Source: Candidatus Eiseniibacteriota bacterium
Lineage (GTDB): Bacteria; Eisenbacteria; RBG-16-71-46
Assembly: GCA_963717505.1 (NCBI GenBank)
Contig: OY970342.1
Span: forward strand, 96,001-160,000
Direction: 5' to 3'
DNA length: 64,000 bases
Position 1 is the first letter of the stretch, and each line of letters starts with the position of its first letter. This document shows, one piece after another, positions 1 to 10,348 of the stretch. The position numbers and the translations under genes were made by a program. The notes beneath the pieces are model-generated. The model made no database searches. It was given only the letters and a program-made list of their open reading frames with translations, and was not told where the DNA came from.

Positions 1-337
1 CGCCCAGCTCGCGCTGACCCTGCGGGCGGTGGTCTCGCAGGTGCTGTTGCCCCGAGCCGACGGCCGCGGCCGCATTGCCGCGCGCGAGATCATGTTCGTC
101 ACGCCCGCCATCCAGAACCTGATTCGTGAGGACAAGATCCACCAGATCGCGAACGTCATCTCGACCGGGATGCGCGAGGACATGCTCTCGATGAGCGACG
201 CGTTGGCCGAGCTGGTCGAGCGCGGATTGATCAGCTACGAGACCGCGCACCCGTACTTCGAAGACCCCGAGAAGCGCGCGGCGCTGCAGAAGCGTTTCTA
301 CCGGGTCACGCCCATCCGCCACGGAGCCGCAGGATGA
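1..337 (+). CDS. pilT: Type IV pilus retraction ATPase PilT/PilU, C-terminal part (truncated by window edge)
   Basis: Frame is open from base 2: LRAVVSQVLLPRADGRGRIAAREIMFVTPAIQNLIREDK carries the PilT AIRNLIRE-type motif; stop overlaps the pilB start (ATGA). Confidence 0.88.
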   Translation, partial: AQLALTLRAVVSQVLLPRADGRGRIAAREIMFVTPAIQNLIREDKIHQIANVISTGMREDMLSMSDALAELVERGLISYETAHPYFEDPEKRAALQKRFYRVTPIRHGAAG

Positions 338-2055
338 CCATCTCCTTCCGGCTCTCGACGCGCCGTTTCGGCGAGCTGCTGGTCGACCGCGGCAAGCTCA
401 CCGCCGACCAGATCGCGCATGCGCTCAAGTCGCGGCTGGACGCCCGCGAGCGCCTCGGGCAGACCCTGGTGCGCCTCGGGCTCCTGAACGAAGGCGACGT
501 GGTCGAGCTGCTGGCCACCCAGTTCTCGCTGCCGATCGCCGATGCCGAGCTGTTGTCGCACGCCGAACCCGACGCCGTGGCTTTGGTCCCCGAGCACCTG
601 GCGCGCGAAGCGCTGGTCCTCGCCTTGCGCAAGAGCGACGAGACGCTCGAAGTCGCGGTCGGCGACCCGCTCGACGTGGTATCGCTCGACCATCTGCGCG
701 CGCTGACCGGCTGCAATCTCAAGGTCTGGCTGGCCCGCCCGACCGACGTGCGGGAAGCGATCGACGGCTTCTACCAGGAGATCCGGGCGACCGAGAAAGT
801 CGGCGAGATCCTCGACACGCTCGACCTGTCCGGCGTGTCCGAGGAAGACGACGTCGACCTCGCGGTCCTGCGCCAGCAGGTCGAGGACGCCCCGGTCGTG
901 CGTCTGGTCAACCTGATGCTCGCCGAGGCGATCGACGCGCGGGCCAGCGACATCCACGTCGAGCCCATGCGCGAGCGCATGTCGGTGCGTTTCCGCATCG
1001 ACGGTGTGCTGCACGAGATGATGCGTCCGCCCAAGAACCTCCAGATGGCGATCGTCTCGCGGATCAAGGTGCTGTCCGAGCTGGACATCGCCATCCGCCT
1101 GCTGCCGCAGGACGGCCGCCTCAGCGTCCACCTGCCCGACCGCGAGGTCGACATCCGCGTCTCGACCCTGCCGACTTCGTTCGGCGAGAAGGTCGTGATG
1201 CGACTGTTCGACAAGCGGGCGTTCGCCCGCGAAATCGGCAACCTCGGTCTGGTCGGCCAGGGCCTCGAAGCGTTTCGCGAGGCCATCCACCTGCCCTACG
1301 GAATGATCCTGATCTCGGGACCGACCGGAAGCGGCAAGACCACCACGCTCTACTCCGCGCTCAACGAGATCAAGAGCGAGCACCGGAACCTGGTCACGGT
1401 CGAGGACCCGATCGAATACCACATCGAGGGCGTGAACCAGGTACACGCCAACCACAAGGTCGGCATGACCTTCGCGCGGGCTCTACGCTCGATCCTGCGC
1501 CAGGACCCCGACGTCATCATGGTCGGTGAGATCCGCGACGCCGAGACCGCCGACATCGCGGTCAAGAGCGCCTTGACCGGCCACCTGGTGTTCTCCTCGG
1601 TCCACGCCAACGACGCCCCGGGCACGGTGACCCGCCTGGTCGACATGGGGGTTCCCCCCTATCTGGTGGGCTCGGCGGTGACGCTGGTCATGGCCCAACG
1701 CCTGGTTCGAAGAATCTGCGACCGCTGCAAGGAGAGCTTCGTGGCCGAAGCCGAACACGTTTCGGCCTTGGGCGAGGACGGCGAGGCGATCCTGGGCCGG
1801 GAGATCGCGCGCGGCCGGGGCTGCATTGCGTGCAAGCAAACCGGCTACTCGGGGCGGTCGGCGGTTTTCGAGGTCATGGCGGTGAACAAGGCGGTGCGCC
1901 GCATGGTCCTGGACCGGCTCAACGAGGACGAGATCAAGCACCGTGCGGTCGCCGACGGCTTCATGACCCTGCGTAAGAGTGGTATTCGCAAGGTCTTGGA
2001 CCAGGCGACCACCATCGAAGAAATCCGTGCAGCGACCCTTTCCGATCACGTATGA
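334..2055 (+). CDS. pilB: Type IV pilus assembly ATPase PilB/GspE family with N-terminal MshEN-like motif
   Basis: Walker A GPTGSGKTT, ASDIHVEP, TVEDPIEY, LRQDPDVIMVGEIRD, tetracysteine CDRC...CIAC. Confidence 0.95.
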   Translation: MTISFRLSTRRFGELLVDRGKLTADQIAHALKSRLDARERLGQTLVRLGLLNEGDVVELLATQFSLPIADAELLSHAEPDAVALVPEHLAREALVLALRKSDETLEVAVGDPLDVVSLDHLRALTGCNLKVWLARPTDVREAIDGFYQEIRATEKVGEILDTLDLSGVSEEDDVDLAVLRQQVEDAPVVRLVNLMLAEAIDARASDIHVEPMRERMSVRFRIDGVLHEMMRPPKNLQMAIVSRIKVLSELDIAIRLLPQDGRLSVHLPDREVDIRVSTLPTSFGEKVVMRLFDKRAFAREIGNLGLVGQGLEAFREAIHLPYGMILISGPTGSGKTTTLYSALNEIKSEHRNLVTVEDPIEYHIEGVNQVHANHKVGMTFARALRSILRQDPDVIMVGEIRDAETADIAVKSALTGHLVFSSVHANDAPGTVTRLVDMGVPPYLVGSAVTLVMAQRLVRRICDRCKESFVAEAEHVSALGEDGEAILGREIARGRGCIACKQTGYSGRSAVFEVMAVNKAVRRMVLDRLNEDEIKHRAVADGFMTLRKSGIRKVLDQATTIEEIRAATLSDHV

Positions 2056-2103
2056 TGACCCCCTTCAAAGAGAGCAACTCACCTCCGAGGCCGTTCCCGC
2101 ACC

Positions 2104-3354
2104 ATGCCTAGCTACTTCTACCGGGCCCGGGATCCCGACGGGCGCCCGCACGAGGGCGTCGAAGTCGCCTCCTCCGAAGAGGAGGTCCTGCGCACCCTGT
2201 CCAACGCGCGGCTCGTCCCGGTCCTGATCGAGTCGCGAACCGCCGCCGGCCGCAGCGAGCTGGGCGAACGGGTCCGGCAATCGGTCGACAGAGTGCGGAT
2301 GCGCGTCAAGCCGTCCTCTGTCGCCCTGTTCGCGCGCCAGCTTTCGACCATGATCGCCGTCGGTTTGCCGCTGGTTCGTTCGCTGCGCTCGATCTGCCGG
2401 GACCACCACGATCGGCGGCTGTCCAAGGTGCTCGAGCAGGTTGCGGACGACGTCCAGAAGGGCGACTCGCTGTCGGCAGCGCTCGCCCGGCACCCGGCCG
2501 CGTTCGACGAGGTGTTCGTGAGCCTGGTCCAGACCGGCGAAATGAGCGGCACGCTCGACACGATCATGGATCAGACCGCCACCTATCTGGAGAAGGCGGA
2601 AGCCCTGCGCCTGCGGGTCGAAGCGGCGCTGCGCTACCCGGTGTTCATCTTCACCTTCGCGGCCCTGATCCTGGCGGCGATGATCGTCAAGATCGTTCCG
2701 ATGTTCGCGAGCATCTACGAGCGCTTCAAGGTGCCGCTGCCGCTCCCGACCCAGATCATGCTGATGACGAGCAAGGTGGTGACCACTCACCTGGTGTGGT
2801 TCGCGCTCGGTCTTGGCGTGCTGGTTTTCGGCTTCTGGGCATGGAGTCAGTCGGAACGGGGGCGCCTGCTCATCGACCAGGCCAAATTCAATGTGCCGCT
2901 GTTCGGATCGCTGATCCGCATGTACGCGATCACCAAGTTCGCCCGCACGCTGGGCATCCTGACCGCGAGCGGAACCCAGATCCTGCATGCGCTGCGCGTG
3001 ATGCGTCCGGTGCCCGGCAATCGGGTGCTGGTCGCCGGGATCGACTTCGTGCGCGCCAAGGTCGAGCAGGGAACGCCGCTCGCACGATCGATGGGCGAGG
3101 CCGGAGTGTTCCCCGAGATGTTGGTGCAGATGACGTCGACCGGCGAGGAGACCGGCCAGCTCGACACCATGCTCATGCGCACCGCCGACTTCTACGAGCA
3201 GCGGGTGACCGCCGCGGTGGACGGGCTGAGTTCGCTGATCGAGCCGGTGGCGATCGTCGTACTGGGCGGCGTGATCGGCGTCATGCTGCTTGCCCTCTAT
3301 CTGCCGATTTTCAACCTCGGTCAGGCGATGCGCCAGGGACTCGGAGCTCCCTAA
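2104..3354 (+). CDS. pilC: Type IV pilus platform protein PilC/GspF
   Basis: FARQLSTMIAVGLPL, GEMSGTLD, ALRYP, GEETGQLD, LYLPIF; three TM segments. Confidence 0.95.
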   Translation: MPSYFYRARDPDGRPHEGVEVASSEEEVLRTLSNARLVPVLIESRTAAGRSELGERVRQSVDRVRMRVKPSSVALFARQLSTMIAVGLPLVRSLRSICRDHHDRRLSKVLEQVADDVQKGDSLSAALARHPAAFDEVFVSLVQTGEMSGTLDTIMDQTATYLEKAEALRLRVEAALRYPVFIFTFAALILAAMIVKIVPMFASIYERFKVPLPLPTQIMLMTSKVVTTHLVWFALGLGVLVFGFWAWSQSERGRLLIDQAKFNVPLFGSLIRMYAITKFARTLGILTASGTQILHALRVMRPVPGNRVLVAGIDFVRAKVEQGTPLARSMGEAGVFPEMLVQMTSTGEETGQLDTMLMRTADFYEQRVTAAVDGLSSLIEPVAIVVLGGVIGVMLLALYLPIFNLGQAMRQGLGAP

Positions 3355-3594
3355 GACCCGGTTTTCGGGCAAATCGCACGCCGGGTCGAACCGGGCCCGG
3401 CATCGGTCGAGACGTGCAACAGGCTGCGGCCCAGCGCTTTGCGTGGACGGACGTCGATCAGGAGACCCCCAACCCGCGGGCCCCGGCCGGGCCAAGATTG
3501 TGGCGGTTTCTCGCGAACTCGTGAGAGAATCGCCGACCGAGACAGGCCATCCCGCCGATGGCGCCCCTCCCTAGGGGGCCTCTACGAGGAGAAC

Positions 3595-4008
3595 ATGAAG
3601 AAACATCGCAAGCAGCGCGGCTTCACCCTGATGGAGCTCATGGTGGTCATCATCATCGTGGCGATCCTCGCCGCGGTGGCCGTCCCGCTCTACATCAACT
3701 ATGTGAAGGACGCGAAGCGGACCGAGGCGAAAGGTGCGATTGCGGCCATCATCAGTGCAGAACAGATCTACTTCCAGGGCAATGACAGCTATATCGATGC
3801 CGCCGATACCGCGGCCATCGAATCGGCGCTCAGAGTCGACCTCACCGATGTGGGAACCAATTGGGACTTCGCGGTCAGCGGATCCAGCGGCACCGGCTTC
3901 ACGGTCACCGCGACGGGTAAGGCGGCGGCAGCAACCCTGGTCGCCTGTTGCACCTACTCCAAGTCGGCCAACCCCGTCTGGGGCGACGAGGTCAACGGCT
4001 GCCCCTGA
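3595..4008 (+). CDS. pilA: Type IVa pilin, probably the major pilin
   Basis: MKKHRKQRG|FTLMELMVVIIIVAILAAVAVPLY class III signal with E5; RBS GAGGAG at 3586; C-terminal cysteines. Confidence 0.85.
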   Translation: MKKHRKQRGFTLMELMVVIIIVAILAAVAVPLYINYVKDAKRTEAKGAIAAIISAEQIYFQGNDSYIDAADTAAIESALRVDLTDVGTNWDFAVSGSSGTGFTVTATGKAAAATLVACCTYSKSANPVWGDEVNGCP

Positions 4009-4024
4009 GGTCACCGTCGGCCGT

Positions 4025-4426
4025 TTGACCCGCAGCCGGTCCGAGCAGGGCTTTTCGCTGATCGAAGCGATGGTCGCCACGGTGGTCGCCACCGTGGCGG
4101 TCCTCGGGCTCGCCTACACGTTCAGCCTCGGACGAGGCTTCATCAACCGGTTCGAGATCGCTCGTAGCGCCCTGACGGTCGCGGAGTCCCGCCTCGAGCA
4201 GCTCCACGGCGACCCCGACAGTCCGGCTCTTTCCACCGACAGCACCCACGTTCGTCCGTTCAACCTGGGCGGGCGTGAAATCGGCCTCGAGGAATGGATC
4301 GTGGTCTGGTTCAACGATCCCTCGATCCCGGGAACCCAGGACCTCAAGCAGGTCACGGTCATCGTCTCCTGGAGCATGAGCGGGCAGCCGGACAGCGTGC
4401 GGCTGAGCCGTCTCTTCCGTCCCTGA
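4025..4426 (+). CDS. Minor pilin, PilV-like
   Basis: SEQG|FSLIEAMVATVVATVAVLGL prepilin motif; KQVTVIVSW C-terminal strand; TTG start inferred. Confidence 0.78.
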   Translation: MTRSRSEQGFSLIEAMVATVVATVAVLGLAYTFSLGRGFINRFEIARSALTVAESRLEQLHGDPDSPALSTDSTHVRPFNLGGREIGLEEWIVVWFNDPSIPGTQDLKQVTVIVSWSMSGQPDSVRLSRLFRP

Positions 4427-4431
4427 CCCCC

Positions 4432-4917
4432 ATGGACTCCCGCTCCCAGACCGGCCTGACACTCACCGAGCTGGCGATCGTCATGGTGCTCGCGGCGATG
4501 GTCACGGTCGGGCTCGTGACCTTCTACCTCAATTCCCAGGGCATGTGGGTGGACGCCTCGACCCAGTCCATGGTTCAGCGCGATGCCTCGCTGATCGTCG
4601 AACGCATGGCGCAGCGAACGCACCTCGCCTACACTGCGGACGTCCTCAGCGACCCCGACAGCCTTCACCAGACGGTGATCCTGTTCACGCGCGACCTCGA
4701 AGAGACCTCGCGCTTCTGGTGGAAGTCGAGCGACAGCCTGATCCACTACAGCATCGGCTCCTCGGGCGTGGATCGCGGCCCGATCGTCGGCTCCAAGGTG
4801 GAGCTCTTCAAGCTCGATCGGGACACGAGCCACGTCTACCTCCGGGACCTCACGATGGCGACCACCGCCGGCAATCCGGTCCAGATGACCGCCACCATGC
4901 GGCTCTACAACCGATGA
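4432..4917 (+). CDS. Minor pilin, PilW/PulJ-like
   Basis: SQTG|LTLTELAIVMVLAAMVTVGL prepilin motif with E5. Confidence 0.78.
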   Translation: MDSRSQTGLTLTELAIVMVLAAMVTVGLVTFYLNSQGMWVDASTQSMVQRDASLIVERMAQRTHLAYTADVLSDPDSLHQTVILFTRDLEETSRFWWKSSDSLIHYSIGSSGVDRGPIVGSKVELFKLDRDTSHVYLRDLTMATTAGNPVQMTATMRLYNR

Positions 4918-6280
4918 ACGAGTCGACACCAAGCCGGCGCAGCCGGGTCCACGACCGGGCTTCCGAGGAGGGCGGATTCCTCCTGGTCGGCGTCGCCATG
5001 TTCGTGCTCGCGTTGACCATCCTGGGGGTTTCGCTGTTCAGCCTGTCGGGCTTCGAAGCCCAGTTCCTCGGACAGTCGATGCGGCGCTCGCAGGCGTTCT
5101 ACGACGCGCTCGGCGGCATCGACCGGTCGCTCCGGGTGTTGTCGGAGACCAACGATATGAACGCGGTCGCGGCCAATTTGCCGCCGGGAATCATCTATGC
5201 GCGCGCCTGGCAGGGCGATGATTCGACGGCCGTGAACTGGCAGGACACGACCGCGATTCGCGTGCGTGTGGTCGCCGAGCGCGGGGTCGCTCCCGAAATC
5301 GAGCGCCGCATGCTGGAGGGGATCTATCGGCACGCGGCGACGCGGCGTCCCACCTGTACGAGGAGGTGATCGCGACCACCGGCCTGATCTGGCTCCAGCA
5401 ATATCCGCAAAACACAACTCCGGGCGCACGACCGGTCGACGACGATGAGTGCGACAACGTCTTTGCCTACGGGCGGATTCGCCAGAACAGCGCGAACGTC
5501 TCGGGCTGGATCGACGATCTCTGCCGCAGCCGGCCACGTTCGCGGGTGGCGGCGTCGCGGTACCGCTGGTCGGACGAGTTCATCGCCTACTGGTTGTCAG
5601 TCGGGGGCCGCAGCACAGCTGCCCGATTACGACACGGGCGACGACGGGCATGACGACGAGCACCGATGACTTCAGCGGTTTCTCCGGCCGGTCGGCGTCT
5701 TCATCAGGGCCCACCTGCAGGGTCGGCGCCGACCGGAAGAGCGGATACGGGCTGAGCGATGGCAGCACCGACGACATTCGACTGAGATCTGGGTGCAGGC
5801 AAGCCGGTGATCTGGCTACTGCCCAACGGCGTGCATTTCGAGCAGCACGTCTCGGGTTCGAACGACGACCTGCCGGCGACGCGGCTGATCATCGTCGCCG
5901 GGACCAGCACCGACACGACGTTCAAGTTCAAGCTGGGGACCAACCTGGGATCTGGTTCCGTGGCGGCATCGACTGCCCGGTTCCGCTCTACCTGGTCTCG
6001 AGCGGTTCGATTTCGCTCGACCGCGACCAGGACTCGGAAGACTTTTCGGCACTGCGATCACGTCTCGATTTACGCGGGCGGCAGCGTTCACCTGCGCGGC
6101 TCGGAAGTCAAGCATTCCGGACCACGACCGCAGGAACGCTGCGGCACAGTCCGAGCGGCGACGCGATCTGTCGACACCCTCATCCAGAAACACTACCTTC
6201 CGAATACGCTTTCCGGTTCCGGCGGCAACGTTCAATTCACGCTGGTCAGTGGCACGTTCCAAGACCCTCCCACGCCGTGA
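4914..6280 (+). pseudogene. PilX-like minor pilin with large C-terminal domain, multiply frameshifted (pseudogene or assembly error)
   Basis: EEGG|FLLVGVAMFVLALTILG lacks E5, as PilX/GspK do, followed by QAFYDALGGI; protein-like text continues through several frames (5350-5520, 5807-5945, 5940-6055, 6050-6280) to a stop just before pilM. Confidence 0.7.
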
Positions 6281-6305
6281 TCGCGCCTCCGAGGATTGAA
6301 CCTCG

Positions 6306-7358
6306 ATGAAGGCCGGGCTTCGCTCGCGCCCCTGGGTGGGCGTCGATCTCGGCGGCTTCAGCGTCAAGATCCTGGCCACGATGGGCGGGGTCGGAGGCAC
6401 CCGCACCTGGCTCAGCGAAAAGCCGATCCCGGTCTCCGAGAAGGACCGGAACACGGCGGCCGGGCGCGAGACGGTGGCGCGCGTCGTCGCCGACGCCCTG
6501 GCCGAAGCGGGCTTGTCGCTGCGCGGCCTGCACGGCATCACGCTCGGGGTCTCGGGCCCCGATGTGATCCTGAAGCAGATCCAGTTGCCGCTGATGGACG
6601 AATCCGAAGTCGGCTCGGCCCTCCGCTTCGAGGCGCGCAAGCACCTGCCGTTCGACATCCACAACATGGTGATCGACTTCCAGGTGCTCAGCCGTTCGGT
6701 GTCCGAGAAGCGCATGGATCTGCTGCTCGCGGCCGTGCCTCAGGAACGGCTCGATCGCATGGTCGCGCCGTTTCGCATGCTCGGGCTCGAAGCCGACATC
6801 GTGGATGCATCACCGCTGGCGCTGGCCAACGCGTTGTTCACGCTGGTCGACCCCGGCAAGGAATCGCATCTCATGCTCGACCTCGGGCACTCCGCGTCGC
6901 ACCTGCTTCTCTATCAGCGATCGCAGCCGTTTTTCGCCCGGCGGCTGGACTTCGGCGGGCGCACACTGACCGAGGCCGTCGCCCGCGGCACGAAAGTGCC
7001 GTTCGACGAGGCCGAAGAGTGGAAAGTGTCCGCCGGATCGGACCGGCCCGGCTTTCGCGTCGACTGGAACCTGCCGGAGATGGGTTTCATCCTCGACGCG
7101 CTGCGATTCCAGCTACTCGATGAAGTCCGGCGATCGCTCGCGTTCTATCGCACGATCGGCACGCTCCCCGAATCGTTCTCGATGTGGCTCTCGGGCGGAT
7201 CGGCGCGACTGCCCGGCCTCGCCGATCGGCTCCAGGAATTGCTAGAGTGCCCGGTGCGCGTCTTCAACCCCATGGAATTGCTGAGCGGCACCGATGGACA
7301 TCCGGCCGTCGCCCCGCAGTTCGCGCAAGCGTACGGGCTCTCGCTGCGTAGCGCGTGA
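6306..7358 (+). CDS. pilM: Type IV pilus assembly protein PilM (actin-like)
   Basis: VGVDLGGFSVK, EARKHLPF, LDLGHSAS, FGGRTLT, LSGGSARLPGL, AQAYGLSLR. Confidence 0.92.
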   Translation: MKAGLRSRPWVGVDLGGFSVKILATMGGVGGTRTWLSEKPIPVSEKDRNTAAGRETVARVVADALAEAGLSLRGLHGITLGVSGPDVILKQIQLPLMDESEVGSALRFEARKHLPFDIHNMVIDFQVLSRSVSEKRMDLLLAAVPQERLDRMVAPFRMLGLEADIVDASPLALANALFTLVDPGKESHLMLDLGHSASHLLLYQRSQPFFARRLDFGGRTLTEAVARGTKVPFDEAEEWKVSAGSDRPGFRVDWNLPEMGFILDALRFQLLDEVRRSLAFYRTIGTLPESFSMWLSGGSARLPGLADRLQELLECPVRVFNPMELLSGTDGHPAVAPQFAQAYGLSLRSA

Positions 7359-7415
7359 GCCGCGCGCTGGCTTCGGCACCGAAGCCGACCGCGAAACCGG
7401 CTCGAAAAGGACGGC

Positions 7416-7991
7416 ATGAGCGCGATCTTCTTCATCAACTTCCGCCGTGAGGCCTACGAGGCCGCGCTGGCGCGCGCCCGGCGACGCGTCATCATGCTCG
7501 GGGTCTGGGTCGGCTACTTCGGTGTGATCGGTGTCATTCTCGGACTGTACGGCCTGAACTGCGTCGCGCTGCACCGCCGGGTGCACCTGATCGAACGCCA
7601 GGCCGAGAGGATGCGGCGTGAACAGGGCGCCGGCGCCGACTGGGAGCTGCGCTCGACCGAGCTGGCCCTGCTCGAGCAATACGTGGCCAATCCCCGAACC
7701 TGGCGGGACCGCCTGGGTCGCCTGGGAGCCATCCTGCCCGCGAACGTGCGTCTGACTTCGGTGGCGGTGAATCCGCAAAATCTGACCGCGCAGGCCGACC
7801 AGAATCGACTGGTGATCCAGGGGCTGGTGCGTACCGCGGCCGGACAGGATCGTACGCAGGATGTGCTCAAAGTCGTCAGCCTCTTACACGACGATTCGCT
7901 GTTCGCGCGCGGGTACCAGACCATCAAGCTGTCCTCGACCAAGGTCTCCGAGGGCGACAACGTCGCCGAGTTCACGATCGAATGCCGCTGA
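7416..7991 (+). CDS. pilN: PilN-like alignment protein
   Basis: N-terminal INF (INLL-like PilM-binding motif), one TM, coiled coil, LPANVRLTSV; follows pilM. Confidence 0.75.
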   Translation: MSAIFFINFRREAYEAALARARRRVIMLGVWVGYFGVIGVILGLYGLNCVALHRRVHLIERQAERMRREQGAGADWELRSTELALLEQYVANPRTWRDRLGRLGAILPANVRLTSVAVNPQNLTAQADQNRLVIQGLVRTAAGQDRTQDVLKVVSLLHDDSLFARGYQTIKLSSTKVSEGDNVAEFTIECR

Positions 7992-8554
7992 TCTCGAACC
8001 CGATCCTGGCGGCCACGCTTCGTCGCAACTGGCCTCTGGTCGGCGCCGTCGGTTTCTTCGCGCTGTTCATGCTGGTGCACCAGCTCGCGTTCCAGCCGGC
8101 CGCGAAGCGTTATCAGAAGGCGGTTCAGCAGGCTTCGGATCTGGGCTTGCCGCTCGACCTTTCGCGCGCCCCCGCGCTGGTTCCGCCCCGAGTCCTGGCG
8201 ATGGTGGTCGACAACGCACTATCGCCGGCGGAGGCGCAGCGGCAGGGCGCTTCGGGCCAACTGACCGCCCAACTGCTCGAGGGGGTGACCCGAACGGTGG
8301 ATGACCAAGGGCTCGATGTACTCGCGACTCAGCCGGGTGCGGTGATCCAGCAGCCGAAGTACGTCCAGGTTCGCGCCTACGTCAAGGCTCGCGGCCGATA
8401 CTCCCAGGTCGTGGCCCTCATGAACGCGCTGGCGACCGGGCGCCAGCTCATCGGCGTCGACCGGTTCGCGCTGCTCCCCGAAGACGGCGGTCGCGTTCAG
8501 CTCGACCTCTGGGTCAGCCGGCTCATCCTCAAGCAGGAGCGACGCAAGACATGA
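7982..8554 (+). CDS. pilO: PilO/GspM-like alignment protein
   Basis: N-terminal TM, ARGRYSQVVALMNAL ferredoxin-like motif; operon position. Confidence 0.72.
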   Translation: MPLISNPILAATLRRNWPLVGAVGFFALFMLVHQLAFQPAAKRYQKAVQQASDLGLPLDLSRAPALVPPRVLAMVVDNALSPAEAQRQGASGQLTAQLLEGVTRTVDDQGLDVLATQPGAVIQQPKYVQVRAYVKARGRYSQVVALMNALATGRQLIGVDRFALLPEDGGRVQLDLWVSRLILKQERRKT

Positions 8555-9039
8555 AGCTCGATGCTCGTATGGTGGTGGCGCCGCTGGTCGGCGTGACGGT
8601 GCTGGTGCTGGTGGTGCAGCAGACGCTGGGCGCACTGCGCGCCTCCGGCTCGTGGACGCCGTCGAACAACACCCCGGTGATTCGCCCGGAAAGCCCCTAC
8701 GGGCGACTCGACCGCATGCTGGCCCAGCGGCCGGCGCCCGCGGCGACGTCGATGCGCGATCCGTTCGGGTACCCTGTGGTCGCCGTTGTCCCCACGCCCC
8801 GCCCGTCGAAGAACGCCGGGCCGCCCAAGCCGGTCGAGCCTTCGCGCCCGACCCTGACCAGTGTGATTTACGAAACCGGGGATGCGCGCGCCACGATTCA
8901 GTTCGAAGGCCGTGATTTCACGGTTCGGGAGAACAGCCTCTTTGCCGATTTTACGGTCGTGAGCATTCGGCCCGGCGAGGTCGTCGTGCAACGCGACGGC
9001 CAGCAGACGGTCCTCAGGCTCGCGCGGAAAGGAGAATAA
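8551..9039 (+). CDS. PilP/GspC-like protein
   Basis: TM anchor, RDPF motif, Pro-rich linker, beta domain LTSVIY...VVSIRPGEVVV; directly before the secretin. Confidence 0.68.
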   Translation: MKLDARMVVAPLVGVTVLVLVVQQTLGALRASGSWTPSNNTPVIRPESPYGRLDRMLAQRPAPAATSMRDPFGYPVVAVVPTPRPSKNAGPPKPVEPSRPTLTSVIYETGDARATIQFEGRDFTVRENSLFADFTVVSIRPGEVVVQRDGQQTVLRLARKGE

Positions 9040-10326
9040 GTGCAGCAACTCCACGGATGGCGCCGTTGGTTCGCGGCGGCGCTCGCGCTGGCCGCGCTTG
9101 CCTGCATGTTCATCCCGGCCCGGACGTCCCTGGCCGCGGAACGACTGGTCACGCTCGACGCGGAGGACGCCTATCTGCCGAGCGTCCTGCGCATTCTCGC
9201 CGAGAAGGGCGACCTCAACATCATCACCGGCCCGGGGGTCACCGGGACGCGCATCTCGATCCACATGAAGGACGTGCCGATCGACCAGGCGGTCAACATG
9301 GTGGTGCGCGCCGCGGGCCTCGCCTACGAACGCATCGGCAAGTCGATCCTGGTCGGCAGCCCTGAGAGCCTCAAGGAGGAAACCGGACTTTCGGCGCACG
9401 TGGTCGAGCTCAAATACGCCGACGCGAAAGACGTGCAGGCAGCGCTGCAGAACCTCGCGGGCGACATCCAGGTCGACGAGGGCGGCAACCGGTTGATCGT
9501 GGTGACCAGCCCCCGGGTGATCGCCGAGATTCGCGACATCGTCGCCCTGCTCGACCAGCCGGCAAGGCAGGTCATGCTCGAGGCCCGCATCATCGAAGTC
9601 TCGACCGACGACGCGAAGGAGCTGGGCATCGACTGGGCCCAGTTGTCGCGCCAGAGCTTCGTGTTCGTCGAGGGCAACTACGATTCGGTCAGCGGCGTCG
9701 GCGAAGACGGCGTGCTCGACGGTCTCAAGGTATTTCCCAACACACCCGGGACCAGCGACATCTTCAAGCTCAACAACTTCAGCCGCATCGCCGAGGTGTT
9801 CCGCGTCTCGCTCGACCTCCTGATCCAGGACGGCAACGCGCGGGTGCTCGCCAATCCGAAAATCGCCACGCTCAACGGTCGCGAAGCCTCGATCCTGATC
9901 GGGCAGCGCATTCCCTACACCATCAGCAGCACCGTGTTCGCGGGCGGTGCGGCGGCACCCACCGAGCGCATCGAGAAGGAAGAGGTCGGCATCAAGCTGC
10001 GGATCACGCCCCTGATCAACGCCGACGGCTACATCACCACCCTGATCATCCCGGAGGTCAGCACGGTGATCGGCTTCCGCGGCGAGAACAACGACCTGCC
10101 GGTGGTGGCGACCCGGGAGGCCCGCACCACGGTGCGGCTCAAGGACGGCGCTTCGGTGTTGATCGGCGGCCTGCTCAGTGAGGACCGGACCACCGACGTC
10201 ACCCGGGTTCCGATCCTGGGCTCGATCCCGGGAATCGGCTATCTGTTCCAGCACCACGTCAGCGGCGTGCGCAAGACTGATCTGGTGATCGAAGTCACGC
10301 CACGAATCCTGCCCGAACAGCAGTAA
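9040..10326 (+). CDS. pilQ: Secretin, PilQ/GspD family, short form
   Basis: Signal peptide, N-domains, QVMLEARIIEV, LANPKIATLNG, GIKLRITP, VPILGSIPGIGYLF, VTPRI. Confidence 0.9.
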   Translation: MQQLHGWRRWFAAALALAALACMFIPARTSLAAERLVTLDAEDAYLPSVLRILAEKGDLNIITGPGVTGTRISIHMKDVPIDQAVNMVVRAAGLAYERIGKSILVGSPESLKEETGLSAHVVELKYADAKDVQAALQNLAGDIQVDEGGNRLIVVTSPRVIAEIRDIVALLDQPARQVMLEARIIEVSTDDAKELGIDWAQLSRQSFVFVEGNYDSVSGVGEDGVLDGLKVFPNTPGTSDIFKLNNFSRIAEVFRVSLDLLIQDGNARVLANPKIATLNGREASILIGQRIPYTISSTVFAGGAAAPTERIEKEEVGIKLRITPLINADGYITTLIIPEVSTVIGFRGENNDLPVVATREARTTVRLKDGASVLIGGLLSEDRTTDVTRVPILGSIPGIGYLFQHHVSGVRKTDLVIEVTPRILPEQQ

Positions 10327-10348
10327 CCGCCTCGGTCGCTGGAGGCGG
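10327..10348. terminator. Short GC hairpin between convergent genes
   Basis: CCGCCTC-N8-GAGGCGG immediately after the secretin stop; no U-tract. Confidence 0.4.

Noticed and set aside
3366-3440. c-di-GMP-I riboswitch or sigma54 promoter upstream of pilA
   Set aside because: GGGCAAA is present but the GNRA stem and GACGCAAAGC core are not; candidate GG/GC pairs have N9 or N11 spacing rather than N10
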